From NCBI RefSeq assembly GCF_058153355.1, contig NZ_CM177019.1: 64,000 nucleotides of DNA; one strand, given 5' to 3'. The stretch's first letter is position 1, and each line of letters opens with the position of its first letter. Below the pieces are notes generated by a model that saw only the letters and a list, made by a program, of their open reading frames with translations, did no database searches and had not been told where the DNA came from. The position numbers and the translations under genes are program-made. This document shows positions 20,606 to 32,383 of this stretch, one piece after another.

Positions 20606-21678
20606 TCAATTGTCCCCGGTGTTAACAGTTCCGTATTCTCCGAACGCCGGATCTCTGTCGGGAAACGCACTTCAAAATCATCCAGACCGGTAACACCTGC
20701 CACCGCACGGATAATACGGGAGGGGGCAAGTGTGCCGCCCGGCGTCACTTCATTAAAAAACATGGTATTAATGGCGTGGGTAATAGCCTGTTTCAGTTCG
20801 ACAGTCTTCGGTGATATATAAATCCGTGGATTTACCGGCTTTGCCTTTGGCGCAAATACCGTGACATTTACACCGTCAGGCTGTCCGACAATCAGGCCGG
20901 TTATCGGGTCAGTATGACCGGCGATATAATCCGCCACGCGTTCCACATCTGCCGGTTGTGGAAAAATATTGCTCCGGTTATCCATAACAAACGTCACCCC
21001 GACTGTGCCACCGCCTTTCCATGCCGGAAAACACCAGGCACGGGTAACGCCGCTGACTTCACGCGCCCAGCGAACATAATCAAACTGATTACCGCCGAAC
21101 GGAGGATACTGGACACGATATTCCAGCCGTGACAGCAGCTCCGCTGCACTCTCAATATCAGCCCCACCGGAAAACCCTTTTACAGTGATGGCATCGGAAA
21201 CAACACAGGCAACCGGGGTGATCAACGTTAAAAGGGTATTCTCACCGGTATTTCCTGCCTCACCGGCAGCCAGTGCGGTAACGGTAATTTCCGTCGTTCC
21301 TGCACGGCCAATCACAATGGCATCAGCCAGACTGTAAACCACACCATCAGCACGCTGCCAGCGTGTACCGGCAGGAATGGTGGTCGCTGCCGATGTGGTG
21401 ACAGTCAGCGGGCCGCTGGCGGCTGTCGCCTGTTTGCGGCGCACGCCCCAGAACCGGCAGTGCTCCAGCAACTCATCTTCATCTGCTGTCGACGGGATAA
21501 TCTGCCGTCCAACCCATGAAATATGCTCGTGACAACCGGCAGCAAGGCCCGCCTGAGCATAAGCAATGGCACTCAGCGTTTTTTCACGGGCCTGAGGCCA
21601 GCTACCCGGCAGGCGCTGTTCAATATTCTGTTCTGTACGGGCAATCAGCGATGATAATGTCGGTGGTGAATAAGCCAT
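20596..21678 (-). CDS. Baseplate wedge protein (gpJ-like), Mu W position
   Basis: 360 aa; order V-W-R-S. Confidence 0.65.
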   Translation of the reverse strand: MAYSPPTLSSLIARTEQNIEQRLPGSWPQAREKTLSAIAYAQAGLAAGCHEHISWVGRQIIPSTADEDELLEHCRFWGVRRKQATAASGPLTVTTSAATTIPAGTRWQRADGVVYSLADAIVIGRAGTTEITVTALAAGEAGNTGENTLLTLITPVACVVSDAITVKGFSGGADIESAAELLSRLEYRVQYPPFGGNQFDYVRWAREVSGVTRAWCFPAWKGGGTVGVTFVMDNRSNIFPQPADVERVADYIAGHTDPITGLIVGQPDGVNVTVFAPKAKPVNPRIYISPKTVELKQAITHAINTMFFNEVTPGGTLAPSRIIRAVAGVTGLDDFEVRFPTEIRRSENTELLTPGTIEWL

Positions 21679-22116
21679 TTAAACCCCGTTAAATACTGTT
21701 TTAAACTCATAAGGAATAACGGAACCATCCGGTAATGTCAGTGCAATGTAGAGGTATAACCAGCCCTGATGTAACTGTTCCGCTCTGACGTTAACCGCAC
21801 TTACCCGGCCCGCTGTTTTCAGCCATTCCAGCGCCTCTTCGGCATACTCTCTGGCACGTTCCGGCGTATCCTGTGTGGTTTTTTCACGTGATAACAGCCA
21901 CAACCGCGAACCGATGGGACGGTCGCGGTAACTGTCACCCCACCATCCACGGCGATCATCTGAACCATCCGGCAGCGTGTCAGAATCCAGCGTGCGCCGG
22001 TCGGTAAACAGGGAGATTGTCACATCGGTTGTCAGGCTGTCGTCGGTCAGCATATCAATGCCATCCTGTGCAATATCGCCGCGTCCGTTCGTCCAGATAA
22101 TGGCTAAATCGGTCAT
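21679..22116 (-). CDS. Baseplate protein (gp25/lysozyme-like fold), Mu V position
   Basis: 145 aa; order. Confidence 0.6.
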   Translation of the reverse strand: MTDLAIIWTNGRGDIAQDGIDMLTDDSLTTDVTISLFTDRRTLDSDTLPDGSDDRRGWWGDSYRDRPIGSRLWLLSREKTTQDTPERAREYAEEALEWLKTAGRVSAVNVRAEQLHQGWLYLYIALTLPDGSVIPYEFKTVFNGV

Positions 22117-22706
22117 TGCATCGGCCCTGTGGTTCCGCCGCTGTCGCCACGGTGGATATGCTTATCCGTCGATTTGCCATTGATGATGGCATCCGGGGCA
22201 GTAATATTGCTGTCGAACTGGCTTTTACCTTTAACGCCCAGACCTTTCTGGATCTCAACGTCGCCGGTAAACGTGGTTCTGGGTGTATCAACGGTCATAC
22301 TTTCATCAGCGTAAATCTCAACCGTTTTACAGGTAATGACGCAGCGCCCGTCCTTTGTCAGCCTGATACGATGCCCCTCGTGGTGGTAAATGCCTGCATC
22401 ACCCGGTTCAAGATTTGTCGGGCGGTAGCGGCGATCTTCCACCACAACGGCAATCCCCTGATCACGTTGTGCACCCACACAGGCAATCAGCGCCTCTGCG
22501 CCCGGCAGGGGAACGCTGAAATGCCCGTAATTTTGCAGGCGCTCCACTTCATCAGATTCCTCATCATCCAGCAGACCGACCTGCAGGTTCTGAACCTTTC
22601 GCCCGTCGTGAATCACGTTAACAACGGCACGCGCAAGCATCAGACGCACACGACGCATCAGCGGTGTCAGCAGGCGGTTCATGGCGGAATCATTTACTCT
22701 TTCCAC
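22113..22706 (-). CDS. Baseplate spike/assembly protein, Mu Q position
   Basis: 197 aa; order. Confidence 0.6.
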   Translation of the reverse strand: MERVNDSAMNRLLTPLMRRVRLMLARAVVNVIHDGRKVQNLQVGLLDDEESDEVERLQNYGHFSVPLPGAEALIACVGAQRDQGIAVVVEDRRYRPTNLEPGDAGIYHHEGHRIRLTKDGRCVITCKTVEIYADESMTVDTPRTTFTGDVEIQKGLGVKGKSQFDSNITAPDAIINGKSTDKHIHRGDSGGTTGPMQ

Positions 22707-23833
22707 GGCGGCGTTTTCTCCGGGTGTCTGCGATAATAATCTTCAACCAGCGCATCAATACCGCCGTTACTGTCGCCGCCTTTCCTGTTTTTACGGTCGC
22801 TTTCAACCGGCACCAGAAAGCCTTCGCGTGGTGCAAGGCTGACGCGGGTTTTCAGCCCGTCCTGGTCATTCAGTATCAGGGTGACTTTGCTGACCAGTAA
22901 TTCCGTGGTTTTGATGGCATATTTCGAGGCATCAATAGTGACCAGCAGGTTCGGCATCCAGAGTTGCCCGTCCCTGCGTTTCCATCCGTCAATTTCTGCC
23001 TCAAAAGTGATGGATTTTGCCAGTCTGCGGCGTTGCTCACGCAGGGCGCGGGCCTGTGCATCCTTCGCCGTAATTTTGCTGTCAGCAATGATGATCATCG
23101 GTCTGTAACGGGTCACATCACTGTCAGTGGCGGTCCCTTTCCGGGAAACGATACTTTTCGCATCAATATCATCACCCTCAGCACCGTTCGCGCGGGCATA
23201 CCCCTTGACGATGTATTCGCTGAACCGGTCGCGGAAGTTTTCCTCAAAATCCAGTGTCAGCAGATTTTCTCCGAGAACCAGCTCATCAGTGGCTGTGCTG
23301 GCAGCCCGGCTGAATACCAGCTCTCCGGCGGCATTGCTGGTCATCAGTACACCGCGTGCGCGGGAGGCGCGCACCAGCGCCTCATAAACGGTTTCTGAAT
23401 GGTCCAGCGTGAAGCCGGGAAAAGCTGCCGAACTTTCCTTATCGGAAAGCTCCCAGCGAACGGTAACGCCATAAGGGGCGCACAGGTCACGCGCGATCTG
23501 CTCCAGTGTGCGGTTTTTCCACTGTCCACCACTGTAAACGGCAGCACAGTCAATCAGGTCAGCCGTTTTGTCACGTCCGGCGACAGTGATTTTCATACTG
23601 TCAGCGGTCATCTGGCGTCGCCGTGAATCGATATAACCGGTGCAGACAATCTGCCCCCCGATTTCCAGCGTGAACGCCTTCCCCGGTGCCAGCCCGGATA
23701 AATCCGTACCCGGTGGCACGTTCACCCCCAGCTCAAAATATCCGGCTACGGATTCAATCGAGCGGGTGACAGAGACTGACGTCCAGCCGGTAAAAAGCCT
23801 GCCATCCGTTCGCAGTGTGACGGTATTACTCAT
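22694..23833 (-). CDS. Baseplate hub protein, Mu P position
   Basis: 379 aa; order. Confidence 0.65.
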   Translation of the reverse strand: MSNTVTLRTDGRLFTGWTSVSVTRSIESVAGYFELGVNVPPGTDLSGLAPGKAFTLEIGGQIVCTGYIDSRRRQMTADSMKITVAGRDKTADLIDCAAVYSGGQWKNRTLEQIARDLCAPYGVTVRWELSDKESSAAFPGFTLDHSETVYEALVRASRARGVLMTSNAAGELVFSRAASTATDELVLGENLLTLDFEENFRDRFSEYIVKGYARANGAEGDDIDAKSIVSRKGTATDSDVTRYRPMIIIADSKITAKDAQARALREQRRRLAKSITFEAEIDGWKRRDGQLWMPNLLVTIDASKYAIKTTELLVSKVTLILNDQDGLKTRVSLAPREGFLVPVESDRKNRKGGDSNGGIDALVEDYYRRHPEKTPPWKE

Positions 23834-25313
23834 TAATCACCTCAATACTGACGCCACCGGGAACAAACAACGGGTTGCTGATACCATTCCTGCGGGCCAG
23901 CCGTTGCCAGTTCCGGCTGTTTCCTGTGTAACGGTACAGGGCCACCATTGCAGGCATCGTCTCCGGCAGGCGGTGCGTTTCACTTCCCGCCAGTTGCAGC
24001 CCACGTTTTTCCAGGTCGGCAACAACCAGCAGACGCAGTTGCGTAAGCTGAACGCTGTCTGTCGAAAAGCCCTGCTCAGATGCCGTCAGAATGACGGTAT
24101 CCAGTGCAGCCCCCAGCATGGCGGCTGTTTTTCCGATATCGGACACACTTTCAAATACCGGGGGCGTGGCTGTACCACTGTCTGAAAAGGATACCTGTGA
24201 AAAGCCGCCGTCCGGGGTTATGGTAGTTAACTGTAACTGTCCCTGTGTGACGGTAGCAGATGTGCTGCTGGCCCCGCTGGCTGTGCCGGTTGTGGTGGAC
24301 GGGGCATCCAGTACAGGTGTACGGGCGGCATTATCCATCCGGCGACTGAAATCCAGTGCCGCAGTCAGTGCCTGGCTGGCAGCTTCTGCCCGGTATGTCT
24401 GCGCCGCTGCCAGCATGACGTAGTTCAGTGTGGCAATATTTTTTTCTGCAACCGGACTGTTGTACGAGGTTGTGATTGCCCCCTGTCTGCCTGCGGTGGC
24501 GGCATGGCGACGTTCGAATCGCTGCGCCAGACGGTTCCATGTGGAAAATGCTGTCCGGGTATCGCATAACGATGAAACGCCGGACAGCGCCCCCATCAGC
24601 GAGGAGGCCAGCATGGCAGGCTGGTTAATCAGGCTGGTCACAGAGCCTTTCATCGCAGAAAGCGATCCCATCAGACCGCTGACAGTCTGCGTAACCCCCA
24701 GATTGTCCACCGCATCACTGATATCATCGATGACACCGGTTACAGCTTCCATCACGGCGGTTGCCGCCGCAGTGCCATCTTTTACGGTCTGCCAGACAGA
24801 GGACAGCGTATCCCCCAGAGAACCGGTTACAGCAACAGCCTGTGCCGGTACGGCTGCACTGGTGTCTGTTTCTGCGTCCGGGGCAGTATCCTGCAACGAC
24901 GGATAAACGGTAACGGTGAACGCGTAATAATTCAGTTCATCCGCTTTAGTGCGGCATTCCCATGAATCCACCATGACGTCCACAGTGCCGAAATCAGGAT
25001 GTACCAGCTCACCGCTGCCCGGAGCATCAAGAGCATCCATCAGCGCATCCGCTTCATCTCTGGCTGTTTCTGCGTTACTGTTCAGAATGCAGGCGCTGAA
25101 TGTACGGGAGCGAAGCTTTTTCCCCAGGTCATTGACGCCGCCGGTATCACGTAACGGGTACTCGCGTTTAACCAAGCGACGTCCGCCAGCCTGTTTTTGC
25201 TCCTCGATGACGAGAAACGGCACGTTACGGAACGTGCCTTTGCCGGTTGTTTTCCTGCCTCCACCGGTTTTATCCCGGACAGCATTAACGGCATTTAAAG
25301 CATCTTCAAACAT
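23826..25313 (-). CDS. Mu N-position protein (DNA circularisation / tail protein)
   Basis: 495 aa; immediately downstream of the tape measure gene. Confidence 0.65.
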   Translation of the reverse strand: MFEDALNAVNAVRDKTGGGRKTTGKGTFRNVPFLVIEEQKQAGGRRLVKREYPLRDTGGVNDLGKKLRSRTFSACILNSNAETARDEADALMDALDAPGSGELVHPDFGTVDVMVDSWECRTKADELNYYAFTVTVYPSLQDTAPDAETDTSAAVPAQAVAVTGSLGDTLSSVWQTVKDGTAAATAVMEAVTGVIDDISDAVDNLGVTQTVSGLMGSLSAMKGSVTSLINQPAMLASSLMGALSGVSSLCDTRTAFSTWNRLAQRFERRHAATAGRQGAITTSYNSPVAEKNIATLNYVMLAAAQTYRAEAASQALTAALDFSRRMDNAARTPVLDAPSTTTGTASGASSTSATVTQGQLQLTTITPDGGFSQVSFSDSGTATPPVFESVSDIGKTAAMLGAALDTVILTASEQGFSTDSVQLTQLRLLVVADLEKRGLQLAGSETHRLPETMPAMVALYRYTGNSRNWQRLARRNGISNPLFVPGGVSIEVINE

Positions 25314-25317
25314 GGTT

Positions 25318-27483
25318 TTACCAGCCCGTAATGTAGTTATCGCCCGCGTAAATATTCAGCCCCATACCATCCCCGGTGACGCGGGAACTGGTCAGACGTA
25401 ACCCCTCGCCAAGTTCGACGCGCAGCGAGGCTTCCGCATTGACTTTTTGTTCCTGCGGTTCCTTATCCGTGGCCGTCCATTTCTGATACAGGTCGGTTAC
25501 AAAACCGCCCAGATACTCCCCGGCGACACTGCCCAGCGTGGCACCGGCAACCGTACCCAGCGGTCCGGCAAGGCTGCCAACGGCACCGCCGAGCCATGCA
25601 CCGGCTGTACTGCCAATTGCTCCTGCTTTTTCATGGGCTGACGCCTGCTCATCCATCAGGACGGGGGCAAGCTGGAGTGCCCCCATTACCGGGCCACCCA
25701 GACGTGACAACGCACGACAGGCACCTTTGCCCATCCAGCCCAGCGCCCCGGCACCTTTTGCCACAACCCGACCGATCGCACTGCCTGCAAGTTTGTTTCC
25801 GATACCGGAAAACCACCCGCCAGCGGCACGCCCGGCATCAGCCAGCTTTCCGACCGTTCCCGTAACCAGTTGCCCGGCAGCACTGCCTGCAAGTCTGCTC
25901 AGAAGACCGGATTTACCGGGTAAAGGTAATGGTGCAGGCCGTGCTGTTACCGGTACGCCGGGTGGGGGTAATGCCAGTACAGGGCGTGGTGCAGGTAATG
26001 CCAGCGGCTGTGGCCCGGACAGCAATAACGGCTGGCGGGGTAACAGCGGGGCCATTCTTCCGCCGCTCCGTCCGCGACGACCGCCGCCACTCCCGTAGCC
26101 ACCAAATCCACGGGGCCAGTTGATGACAAACACACGCTGAATGCCGGTGCCCTGCAACAGCGTCTCAGACGTCATGGCATCCGGCACCGGCAGACCTGCC
26201 CGCCCACGTTTGCGGTTCCGCATCCAGCGCCACATACGACGCCCGGTTTTAAACGGATAACTGGCAACCTGCCATGAGGGTTTTGCCACGGCCCAGCCTG
26301 CTCTCAGGGCTTTATTGGCAAGCCAGACAGACACCAGAACAGCAGCCAGTTTTTTCAGGCTGACAATATTCTGGTCAACCCATGCCAGCGCATCTTTACC
26401 CGGTTTCAGCCAGCGCCATAATTCCTGCGCCGCGATTTTCACCGTTCTGAATGTGGTCAGAAACTTCTGACCAATGTTTTGCGCCAGTGCGTCAAGTTCC
26501 CCGGATTTATCCGCCATGTCGTGCCAGTCAAGCACCCGGCGCATCTCGTTCTTGATTTCTTCAAAGGGGCCGCTGTTGGCCACCTTTGTGCGAAACTCAA
26601 GCAGGTTGCCCTCCATCTGGGCCATCATCCCGTCCCAGGAGTTCATGGCAGCCGCCTGTGCGCCTTTTGACTGTTCCAGTAAGATTCTGAACACCGTCAG
26701 GATGGATTTCAGGCCCAGCTTGCCCTTTGTACCCAGATCACGGATTTTTTTCTCATCCTCACCCGTTGCATCTGCCAGCACCTTGTAGACGTTGATACCG
26801 TAGCCGGTCAGCAGGTTGGCGTCCGCCGCTGTGATTTGCTGACGGGCAAACATCTGTTTGAACTGTAACGAAGCCCCCTGTGCAGTGGGTAAATCCCAGC
26901 CGTGCATCGCCCCCTGGTTCTGTAGCATGGTGATGAACTGTTTTACCTGGGCATCAGTCATGCCAAACGCAGTTGATGTGCGGATCTCCTGCAGAACACC
27001 ACCCAGCCCCCAGGTGGTTTCTTTTGCGTTCTGCTTCGCCCACGCCATCATGGCCTGTGCTCTGGCCTTATCGCCGTGATAGAGCGAGTTCATGGCGATA
27101 ATCTGCTGCTCACGCTGGGCGGCTGCACCAATAAACAGTTTATTGGCGGTGTAACCCACGCCAGCGATACCCAGCGCCCCGGCTGACAGCATTCGGAATG
27201 TACGGGTTGACAGAGAACCCATTCTGTCAATGGCACCAGAAACGCGCACAACCTCCATACGCAGGGCACGCAGGGAACTTTGTCCGCTACGGGACAGGGC
27301 GTTTATCTGGTTCGAATACTGGCGGGAACGCCGGGAAAGATTGCCATTAAGATCAATAATGACAGACGCTTTTAAGCGTTTCCCGGTCACAGAAATCTCC
27401 TGATTTAACGGTGATATTGAGAGAGGGTTTTCGCCTGCTGGCAGTGCCGGAAAAAGCGGGACAGCGGGAGGGACAAGGCCCAT
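25318..27483 (-). CDS. Tail tape-measure protein
   Basis: 721 aa; coiled-coil N-terminal half, Gly/Pro/Ala-rich low-complexity C-terminal part; downstream of sheath, tube and chaperone genes. Confidence 0.7.
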   Translation of the reverse strand: MGLVPPAVPLFPALPAGENPLSISPLNQEISVTGKRLKASVIIDLNGNLSRRSRQYSNQINALSRSGQSSLRALRMEVVRVSGAIDRMGSLSTRTFRMLSAGALGIAGVGYTANKLFIGAAAQREQQIIAMNSLYHGDKARAQAMMAWAKQNAKETTWGLGGVLQEIRTSTAFGMTDAQVKQFITMLQNQGAMHGWDLPTAQGASLQFKQMFARQQITAADANLLTGYGINVYKVLADATGEDEKKIRDLGTKGKLGLKSILTVFRILLEQSKGAQAAAMNSWDGMMAQMEGNLLEFRTKVANSGPFEEIKNEMRRVLDWHDMADKSGELDALAQNIGQKFLTTFRTVKIAAQELWRWLKPGKDALAWVDQNIVSLKKLAAVLVSVWLANKALRAGWAVAKPSWQVASYPFKTGRRMWRWMRNRKRGRAGLPVPDAMTSETLLQGTGIQRVFVINWPRGFGGYGSGGGRRGRSGGRMAPLLPRQPLLLSGPQPLALPAPRPVLALPPPGVPVTARPAPLPLPGKSGLLSRLAGSAAGQLVTGTVGKLADAGRAAGGWFSGIGNKLAGSAIGRVVAKGAGALGWMGKGACRALSRLGGPVMGALQLAPVLMDEQASAHEKAGAIGSTAGAWLGGAVGSLAGPLGTVAGATLGSVAGEYLGGFVTDLYQKWTATDKEPQEQKVNAEASLRVELGEGLRLTSSRVTGDGMGLNIYAGDNYITGW

Positions 27484-27534
27484 TCCGGGCCACTTTTCAG
27501 AATAACGCCAATCGCTGTCGCCGCTTTCTCAATA

Positions 27535-27969
27535 TCATTCCGGCACCGCAGCCACTCGCCCCCGTTCTTGCGTCAGCGATGCTGCCACGGCCATGTCGTA
27601 CATTTCTGTGGCCAGCGACAGACGCTGGAAGTCATCGACGGACAGTTTACGCATCAGCGCCATCGACAACGGGCCTTTGATGCAGCCCACGCTGGCAATC
27701 TGTCGGCGCAGCATTTCCAGCCCCATCAGGGACGGGGAACTGACCAGCACCGGACCTTCCTTGCTCATTACCAGCTTTTCAGCAGCCACCTGGGCATCAA
27801 TCAGATCGCCTGCGGTCAGTTCACGCAGCGTCACGTCATACTGCATTTCAGTCTCGTCGCCGGTGCCGAACGGCAGGCCGTCTTTCAGTTTCAGCACGCC
27901 GGACTGAAGCTCTGCCACAATGCTGTCATGCAGTTCCTGTGCTTCCTCACTTAAATTCATTTCGTCCAT
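27535..27969 (-). CDS. Tail assembly chaperone-like protein
   Basis: 144 aa acidic protein between the tube and tape-measure genes. Confidence 0.5.
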   Translation of the reverse strand: MDEMNLSEEAQELHDSIVAELQSGVLKLKDGLPFGTGDETEMQYDVTLRELTAGDLIDAQVAAEKLVMSKEGPVLVSSPSLMGLEMLRRQIASVGCIKGPLSMALMRKLSVDDFQRLSLATEMYDMAVAASLTQERGRVAAVPE

Positions 27970-27978
27970 TGGTTCCCC

Positions 27979-28335
27979 TTATGCAATGCGTTTGCTTTGT
28001 TTTGCCATCAGTACCAGCGAAATTTCGCCGCCGTCGTTTTTCGGTTCATCTGCCTGCCAGGCATTCGCCATCATCCAGGTTTCACCGGTGTCTGCCTGAA
28101 ACTCTGCCGTGATGTTTTCCCAGCCGATGATTTCATCCAGACCGATATCACCACCGCCCGGAATTTTGCATTCCAGCTTTGCGGCACGTGGTTTACCTTT
28201 CCAGCCATAAACCCGCGAGCCGGTCACTTCTTCACGGGTGATGCCGGAAGGTGTGAAGGAGGCACCTTCCATCGTTTCAAGCTCCATGCCATTGACACGG
28301 ATGAACGCCACCCCCTGACGCTGATTTCCAGCCAT
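27979..28335 (-). CDS. M: Tail tube protein
   Basis: 118 aa directly downstream of the sheath gene. Confidence 0.75.
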   Translation of the reverse strand: MAGNQRQGVAFIRVNGMELETMEGASFTPSGITREEVTGSRVYGWKGKPRAAKLECKIPGGGDIGLDEIIGWENITAEFQADTGETWMMANAWQADEPKNDGGEISLVLMAKQSKRIA

Positions 28336-28344
28336 AAATGCTCC

Positions 28345-29832
28345 TTACAGAATGAACTGAACTTGTGCCGCGAAAATGCGGAACTGGTTAATCAGATTCG
28401 GGCCGCACAGCACATCAAGACGGTCTTTGTCGTCCTTGTTACGTGCCACATACAGCTCCTCTTTGAACGTGTCGAAATCCTCGACCAGTCCGGCGTTTTC
28501 CCATTCTTCAAACAGTGCCAGCAGCTCCGTTTTGATCACGGATGGCGTCACCACGGCCTGACCGGTGGCAAAGCGGGTGCCATCACTTGCCAGCTTGTAG
28601 TTCGGGAATTTCTGCGTGATGCGGGTTCGCAGCGAATAACGCAGATAACTCAGCGTGGCGATGGTATTCACGTTCAGATAAGACGGATCACTGTCACCGT
28701 ACTTGTTTGTGCGGTACATCGTGATCATGCGTTCAATCTGCATTTCACCACCATCATTCACGTTAAACGTGGAGATGCCGTCAAACAGCAGCGCATTACG
28801 TTCTGACCAGGTGAAACGATCCCCCACCGCAGGCGGCATTCTTCCGGGCAACGTCAGCGTCTGGAGTGGACGCGCCGGGTCGATGGAAAGCGCCTGGCTG
28901 GCAACGGCACACAGTGTGGCGGCGTACAGATATGACGGTTCCGGTGCACCGGCAATCCCCATACAGGAAATCAGATGGTCATTACGGCTGACACCAAACG
29001 TGGAAATATCCCCATACGTGCCGGACAGCACTGTCACGGCAAAGCCATCAGCCTGATTGACTGGTCCCCAGCGTTCCTGCAATTCAGTGCGTAACAGATT
29101 CAGGTTCGGTTCATCGGTATAGGGCATCACAATATATTTGTATTGCAGATCGCCCATTCCCGCGATACCTGCGCTGATATCCGGGTTGCCATTTTTCCCG
29201 GAGGCGGCTTTGAATGCCGTGATAATCCCGTAAGGGGTGGTTTCACCCGCGTAATAGTTCCAGCGCACGTCCACGGCAGATAATGCACCCGTAAATTTTG
29301 CACTCAGAACCACATCTGCATGGGTGTCATCATCTCCGCTGTCTGCGCGAACTTCTGCCGTCACCGGTAAATCCGGCTGGCCTTTGATTCGGGCAACCAG
29401 CAGGTCAGCCAGCGCCGCTCCCGTTGCACCTGCTGCGACAGATACCGCCAGTCGCTGACCGGCAATGTAAGTCACAAGCGAGCCGTTTTCGCCTGCCGTT
29501 CCGGACAGTGAGATTTCACCGACAGCAGCATTACCGGTGCCGTTCCCCTGCGGGATACACCACAGCTCCGCCACGCGGTTAGCGTTCAGGAATGCATCTG
29601 CCATCAGTGCCAGCATGGAACCCTGACCAAACGCCGCACTGGCCTGTGAGCCGGAACGGATACGGACAGGCACGTCTGGTGCCGCACTGGCTTTACTTCC
29701 GCTTTGCCCGAACATCAGCACGCGCTGACGGGGTGCCGGTGTTCCGCTGACGGCATTACTGTTATCAAATTCGATATACGTCAGAGGAACGCGAACATCT
29801 GACGGGATCGCGTTAAATGAAATATCGCTCAT
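28345..29832 (-). CDS. L: Contractile tail sheath protein
   Basis: 495 aa; position and size as Mu L. Confidence 0.8.
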   Translation of the reverse strand: MSDISFNAIPSDVRVPLTYIEFDNSNAVSGTPAPRQRVLMFGQSGSKASAAPDVPVRIRSGSQASAAFGQGSMLALMADAFLNANRVAELWCIPQGNGTGNAAVGEISLSGTAGENGSLVTYIAGQRLAVSVAAGATGAALADLLVARIKGQPDLPVTAEVRADSGDDDTHADVVLSAKFTGALSAVDVRWNYYAGETTPYGIITAFKAASGKNGNPDISAGIAGMGDLQYKYIVMPYTDEPNLNLLRTELQERWGPVNQADGFAVTVLSGTYGDISTFGVSRNDHLISCMGIAGAPEPSYLYAATLCAVASQALSIDPARPLQTLTLPGRMPPAVGDRFTWSERNALLFDGISTFNVNDGGEMQIERMITMYRTNKYGDSDPSYLNVNTIATLSYLRYSLRTRITQKFPNYKLASDGTRFATGQAVVTPSVIKTELLALFEEWENAGLVEDFDTFKEELYVARNKDDKDRLDVLCGPNLINQFRIFAAQVQFIL

Positions 29833-30035
29833 TTCGATTTACTCCGTTTTTTCGGCGCAGTGTCGGTATCATCCGCCGTGTTTTCGGTGCTCCCGACTTC
29901 AACCACATCACCGGCTGCAAGGCGACGTATCCAGAAACTGTTACGGGGCTTTTCTTCTCCCTCAGACGCCAGTAATTTCATCGTGAGCGGGTCACGGATG
30001 GCTTTTCCCGCTGCGGGTTTAATTTTCAGCATCAT
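29829..30035 (-). CDS. Small Mu late protein (unknown function)
   Basis: 68 aa ORF overlapping its neighbours by a few bases; phage-operon packing. Confidence 0.4.
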   Translation of the reverse strand: MMLKIKPAAGKAIRDPLTMKLLASEGEEKPRNSFWIRRLAAGDVVEVGSTENTADDTDTAPKKRSKSK

Positions 30036-30567
30036 GATCCTTTTCCTGATTCACATTGATATGTGCGGCAAATTCCGGGGTTTCGTCCGGGAATTTCCAG
30101 GTCTGCCAGTGGCGCTCGTAATCATCCAGCGAATCCATGTCCACCACGGACGGCAGCGGGGTAGTGCCACTGAACAGAACACCGTAAAGCACCACACCGG
30201 CATTGATACGGTTGTCGTCACAAAGATTTCTGACCTGCGTCAGTCTCATCCCGGTGGTCGGGCCAAACGTCTGACCGTTAACACCGGCAATCAGTCGCTC
30301 CACAATCTGATAAATACCGGGCCGGTTTACCTGTTCCCCGTTCAGCAACTCCGCCACGACAAAAAATGCCCAGCGACTTTCAACTTCCCGACGCGTACGC
30401 CCCTCACCACAGCCCATCCATGCCAGAAATACCGATGGCGGGGCCAGAAAGAGACGGTGCACATCCTCGTTAGTCCATGTGCCGGTAAGGGGTTCCACCT
30501 GCCGCAGGGTTGCCCCAAACAACTCACGAACGCGCGCCAGCAGTGCGGCTTCGGTTTCTTCCAGCAT
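30019..30567 (-). CDS. Head-tail joining/completion protein (Mu K position)
   Basis: 182 aa; order. Confidence 0.55.
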   Translation of the reverse strand: MLEETEAALLARVRELFGATLRQVEPLTGTWTNEDVHRLFLAPPSVFLAWMGCGEGRTRREVESRWAFFVVAELLNGEQVNRPGIYQIVERLIAGVNGQTFGPTTGMRLTQVRNLCDDNRINAGVVLYGVLFSGTTPLPSVVDMDSLDDYERHWQTWKFPDETPEFAAHINVNQEKDHDAEN

Positions 30568-30992
30568 CAGATAAACCCCTTCTGTTTTCGTGAGAAGACC
30601 GGCGCGTCAGACTGCACCTGCACAAGGTTTTCACCATCCGGCGAGGCTGCCGTCCTGCTTTCCACGCCGGGATCTGTTTTGCCATCGCGCACCTGTTCCA
30701 GCCAGCGCACTGTGTCCCTGTAGGCAGCGGTGATCTGCTCGGTGGGTTGTGATTCATTCAGATAAAACCAGGCCACCACGCAACACTGCCGTTTCAGCAG
30801 TGAGGGGACGACGGTAAGCGGCAGAACAAAGCGCGCGGCGAGATAGCCATCAATAAAGGCCGAAGCATCTGCCAGTGCCTGTTCTGCCACGGCATCATCC
30901 GGCTGCCCGTCCGCTGTTTTAGGGCGGGTGAGAATATCCAGCCGCGTACGTGTATAGCGGGCGCACAGGTCATTTACCGTCGCGTAATTCAT
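30567..30992 (-). CDS. Head-tail connector/completion protein (Mu J position)
   Basis: 141 aa; order. Confidence 0.55.
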   Translation of the reverse strand: MNYATVNDLCARYTRTRLDILTRPKTADGQPDDAVAEQALADASAFIDGYLAARFVLPLTVVPSLLKRQCCVVAWFYLNESQPTEQITAAYRDTVRWLEQVRDGKTDPGVESRTAASPDGENLVQVQSDAPVFSRKQKGFI

Positions 30993-31399
30993 GCATCCGC
31001 CTCAGCCTGCGCCGCTTTGATTTGCGCGCTGCTTACCGGTTCCCCCAGCGCCGCACTGACGGCTTTCACTTTGGGTTCCCCCCCTGCGGTAAAGTGTTCC
31101 GGGTTTGCCTTATCCAGACCGGCAACGGTCGCACGGATACGGGCGTTCAGATCGCCCACACCCAGAACGTCCAGCCCCCCAGCCTCAGCGAGCGTTTCTG
31201 CTGACGATGCAGATACCACAGACAGCACGCTGTCGGCACGAATGATCGCCAGTTGTTCTTCGGTGACTTCCACGGTGTTTTCGCCACGTGTAAAGGCGAT
31301 TCCGGCGCGGCGGTAGACCGGACGAAGGCATTTAATAATCGCCGTGCAAGTGATGCGAGAAGTGCCCAGCCGTTGTGAATTAAGCGAAGTGCCTGACAT
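30989..31399 (-). CDS. Head-associated protein downstream of the major capsid gene
   Basis: 136 aa; order. Confidence 0.5.
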   Translation of the reverse strand: MSGTSLNSQRLGTSRITCTAIIKCLRPVYRRAGIAFTRGENTVEVTEEQLAIIRADSVLSVVSASSAETLAEAGGLDVLGVGDLNARIRATVAGLDKANPEHFTAGGEPKVKAVSAALGEPVSSAQIKAAQAEADA

Positions 31400-31465
31400 A
31401 ACACATGCTCCTCCTTTTCCTTTAAATCAGGTTAAAAGGCGGTCTGAACCGCCTTTTAATGACGG

Positions 31466-32383
31466 TTACAGGTAGTCAGCGACAACCAGTTGCAGCTTGC
31501 CCTTCATCTCGTTGGAGACGGTGGTATTGCCATCCGCGAACAGTTCACGGTTAAGCAGTTGCTCTGCGGCTTTTTCCAGCCCGACCGGTACAACGATATG
31601 CGTCGGCTTCAGGCCCAGCTTCTTACCGCCATCACCTTCAAAAGATCGCATCAGTTGCCAGCCCTTCCAGAGGTTATCCAGCGTCAGATCGCCTTTTACC
31701 GCGACAGCCATCTGCCAGAAGCCGTAACCGGCAGCACGGCGGGCGCTGGCACCAAACAGGAACTCGTTATCCATAAAAACGTGGTCGTCATCGATACGGG
31801 TACGTGCGACCAGTTCCGGTTTGCGGCGCTCCTGGAAAATCAGCGGTTTGACTGCGCGGGAGCAGTCCAGCAGATAGAATGGCAGACCGCTGAAGCTGTC
31901 CTGCTCAACGATGTTGGAGGTATTAACCGCGCTGCCCGTGCCGTCCACATTCGGATATACCGGATGCTCCTTGTCGAAGAAGTTCTGACCGTCATAGCAG
32001 GGCTGGGTAAAGCCATCTTTCAGAAGTTTAAAAATCAGCTCATCCGGCTGAACTGCCGCAGAACGGCCCATCTCCTGAAAAATCGGCGCATAAATACCCA
32101 GATTGTCATCCTCGAAGTCATCACGGGAAATACCCACGGTGCCTTCAAACGTTTTATTGGCGATAGAGTAGCCATGCGCTTCCATTTGCTGAATGGTTCG
32201 CTTACCCACCCATTCTTTCAGGGTCGGGAATTTACCCAGCCAGCCATAGGTATTACTGCGGGTGGAAGAGTTCACCACCATTGCAATTTTGCTGTACTGC
32301 GACGGGGCGTCTTCAAGACCGCCCTGAAAATCCTTACGCCAGGAGGTCATCAGGGCTTTAATGGATGCCGGGGTGACAATCAT
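31466..32383 (-). CDS. T: Major capsid protein
   Basis: 305 aa; follows the protease/scaffold gene. Confidence 0.8.
   Translation of the reverse strand: MIVTPASIKALMTSWRKDFQGGLEDAPSQYSKIAMVVNSSTRSNTYGWLGKFPTLKEWVGKRTIQQMEAHGYSIANKTFEGTVGISRDDFEDDNLGIYAPIFQEMGRSAAVQPDELIFKLLKDGFTQPCYDGQNFFDKEHPVYPNVDGTGSAVNTSNIVEQDSFSGLPFYLLDCSRAVKPLIFQERRKPELVARTRIDDDHVFMDNEFLFGASARRAAGYGFWQMAVAVKGDLTLDNLWKGWQLMRSFEGDGGKKLGLKPTHIVVPVGLEKAAEQLLNRELFADGNTTVSNEMKGKLQLVVADYL

Noticed and set aside
25538-26135. Proline/alanine-rich ORFs on the plus strand (186 aa and others) and imperfect ~21-27-bp periodicity in DNA
   Set aside because: Shadow ORFs opposite the low-complexity Gly/Pro-rich part of the tape-measure gene; the periodicity is coding-repeat structure, not a CRISPR array or independent gene.
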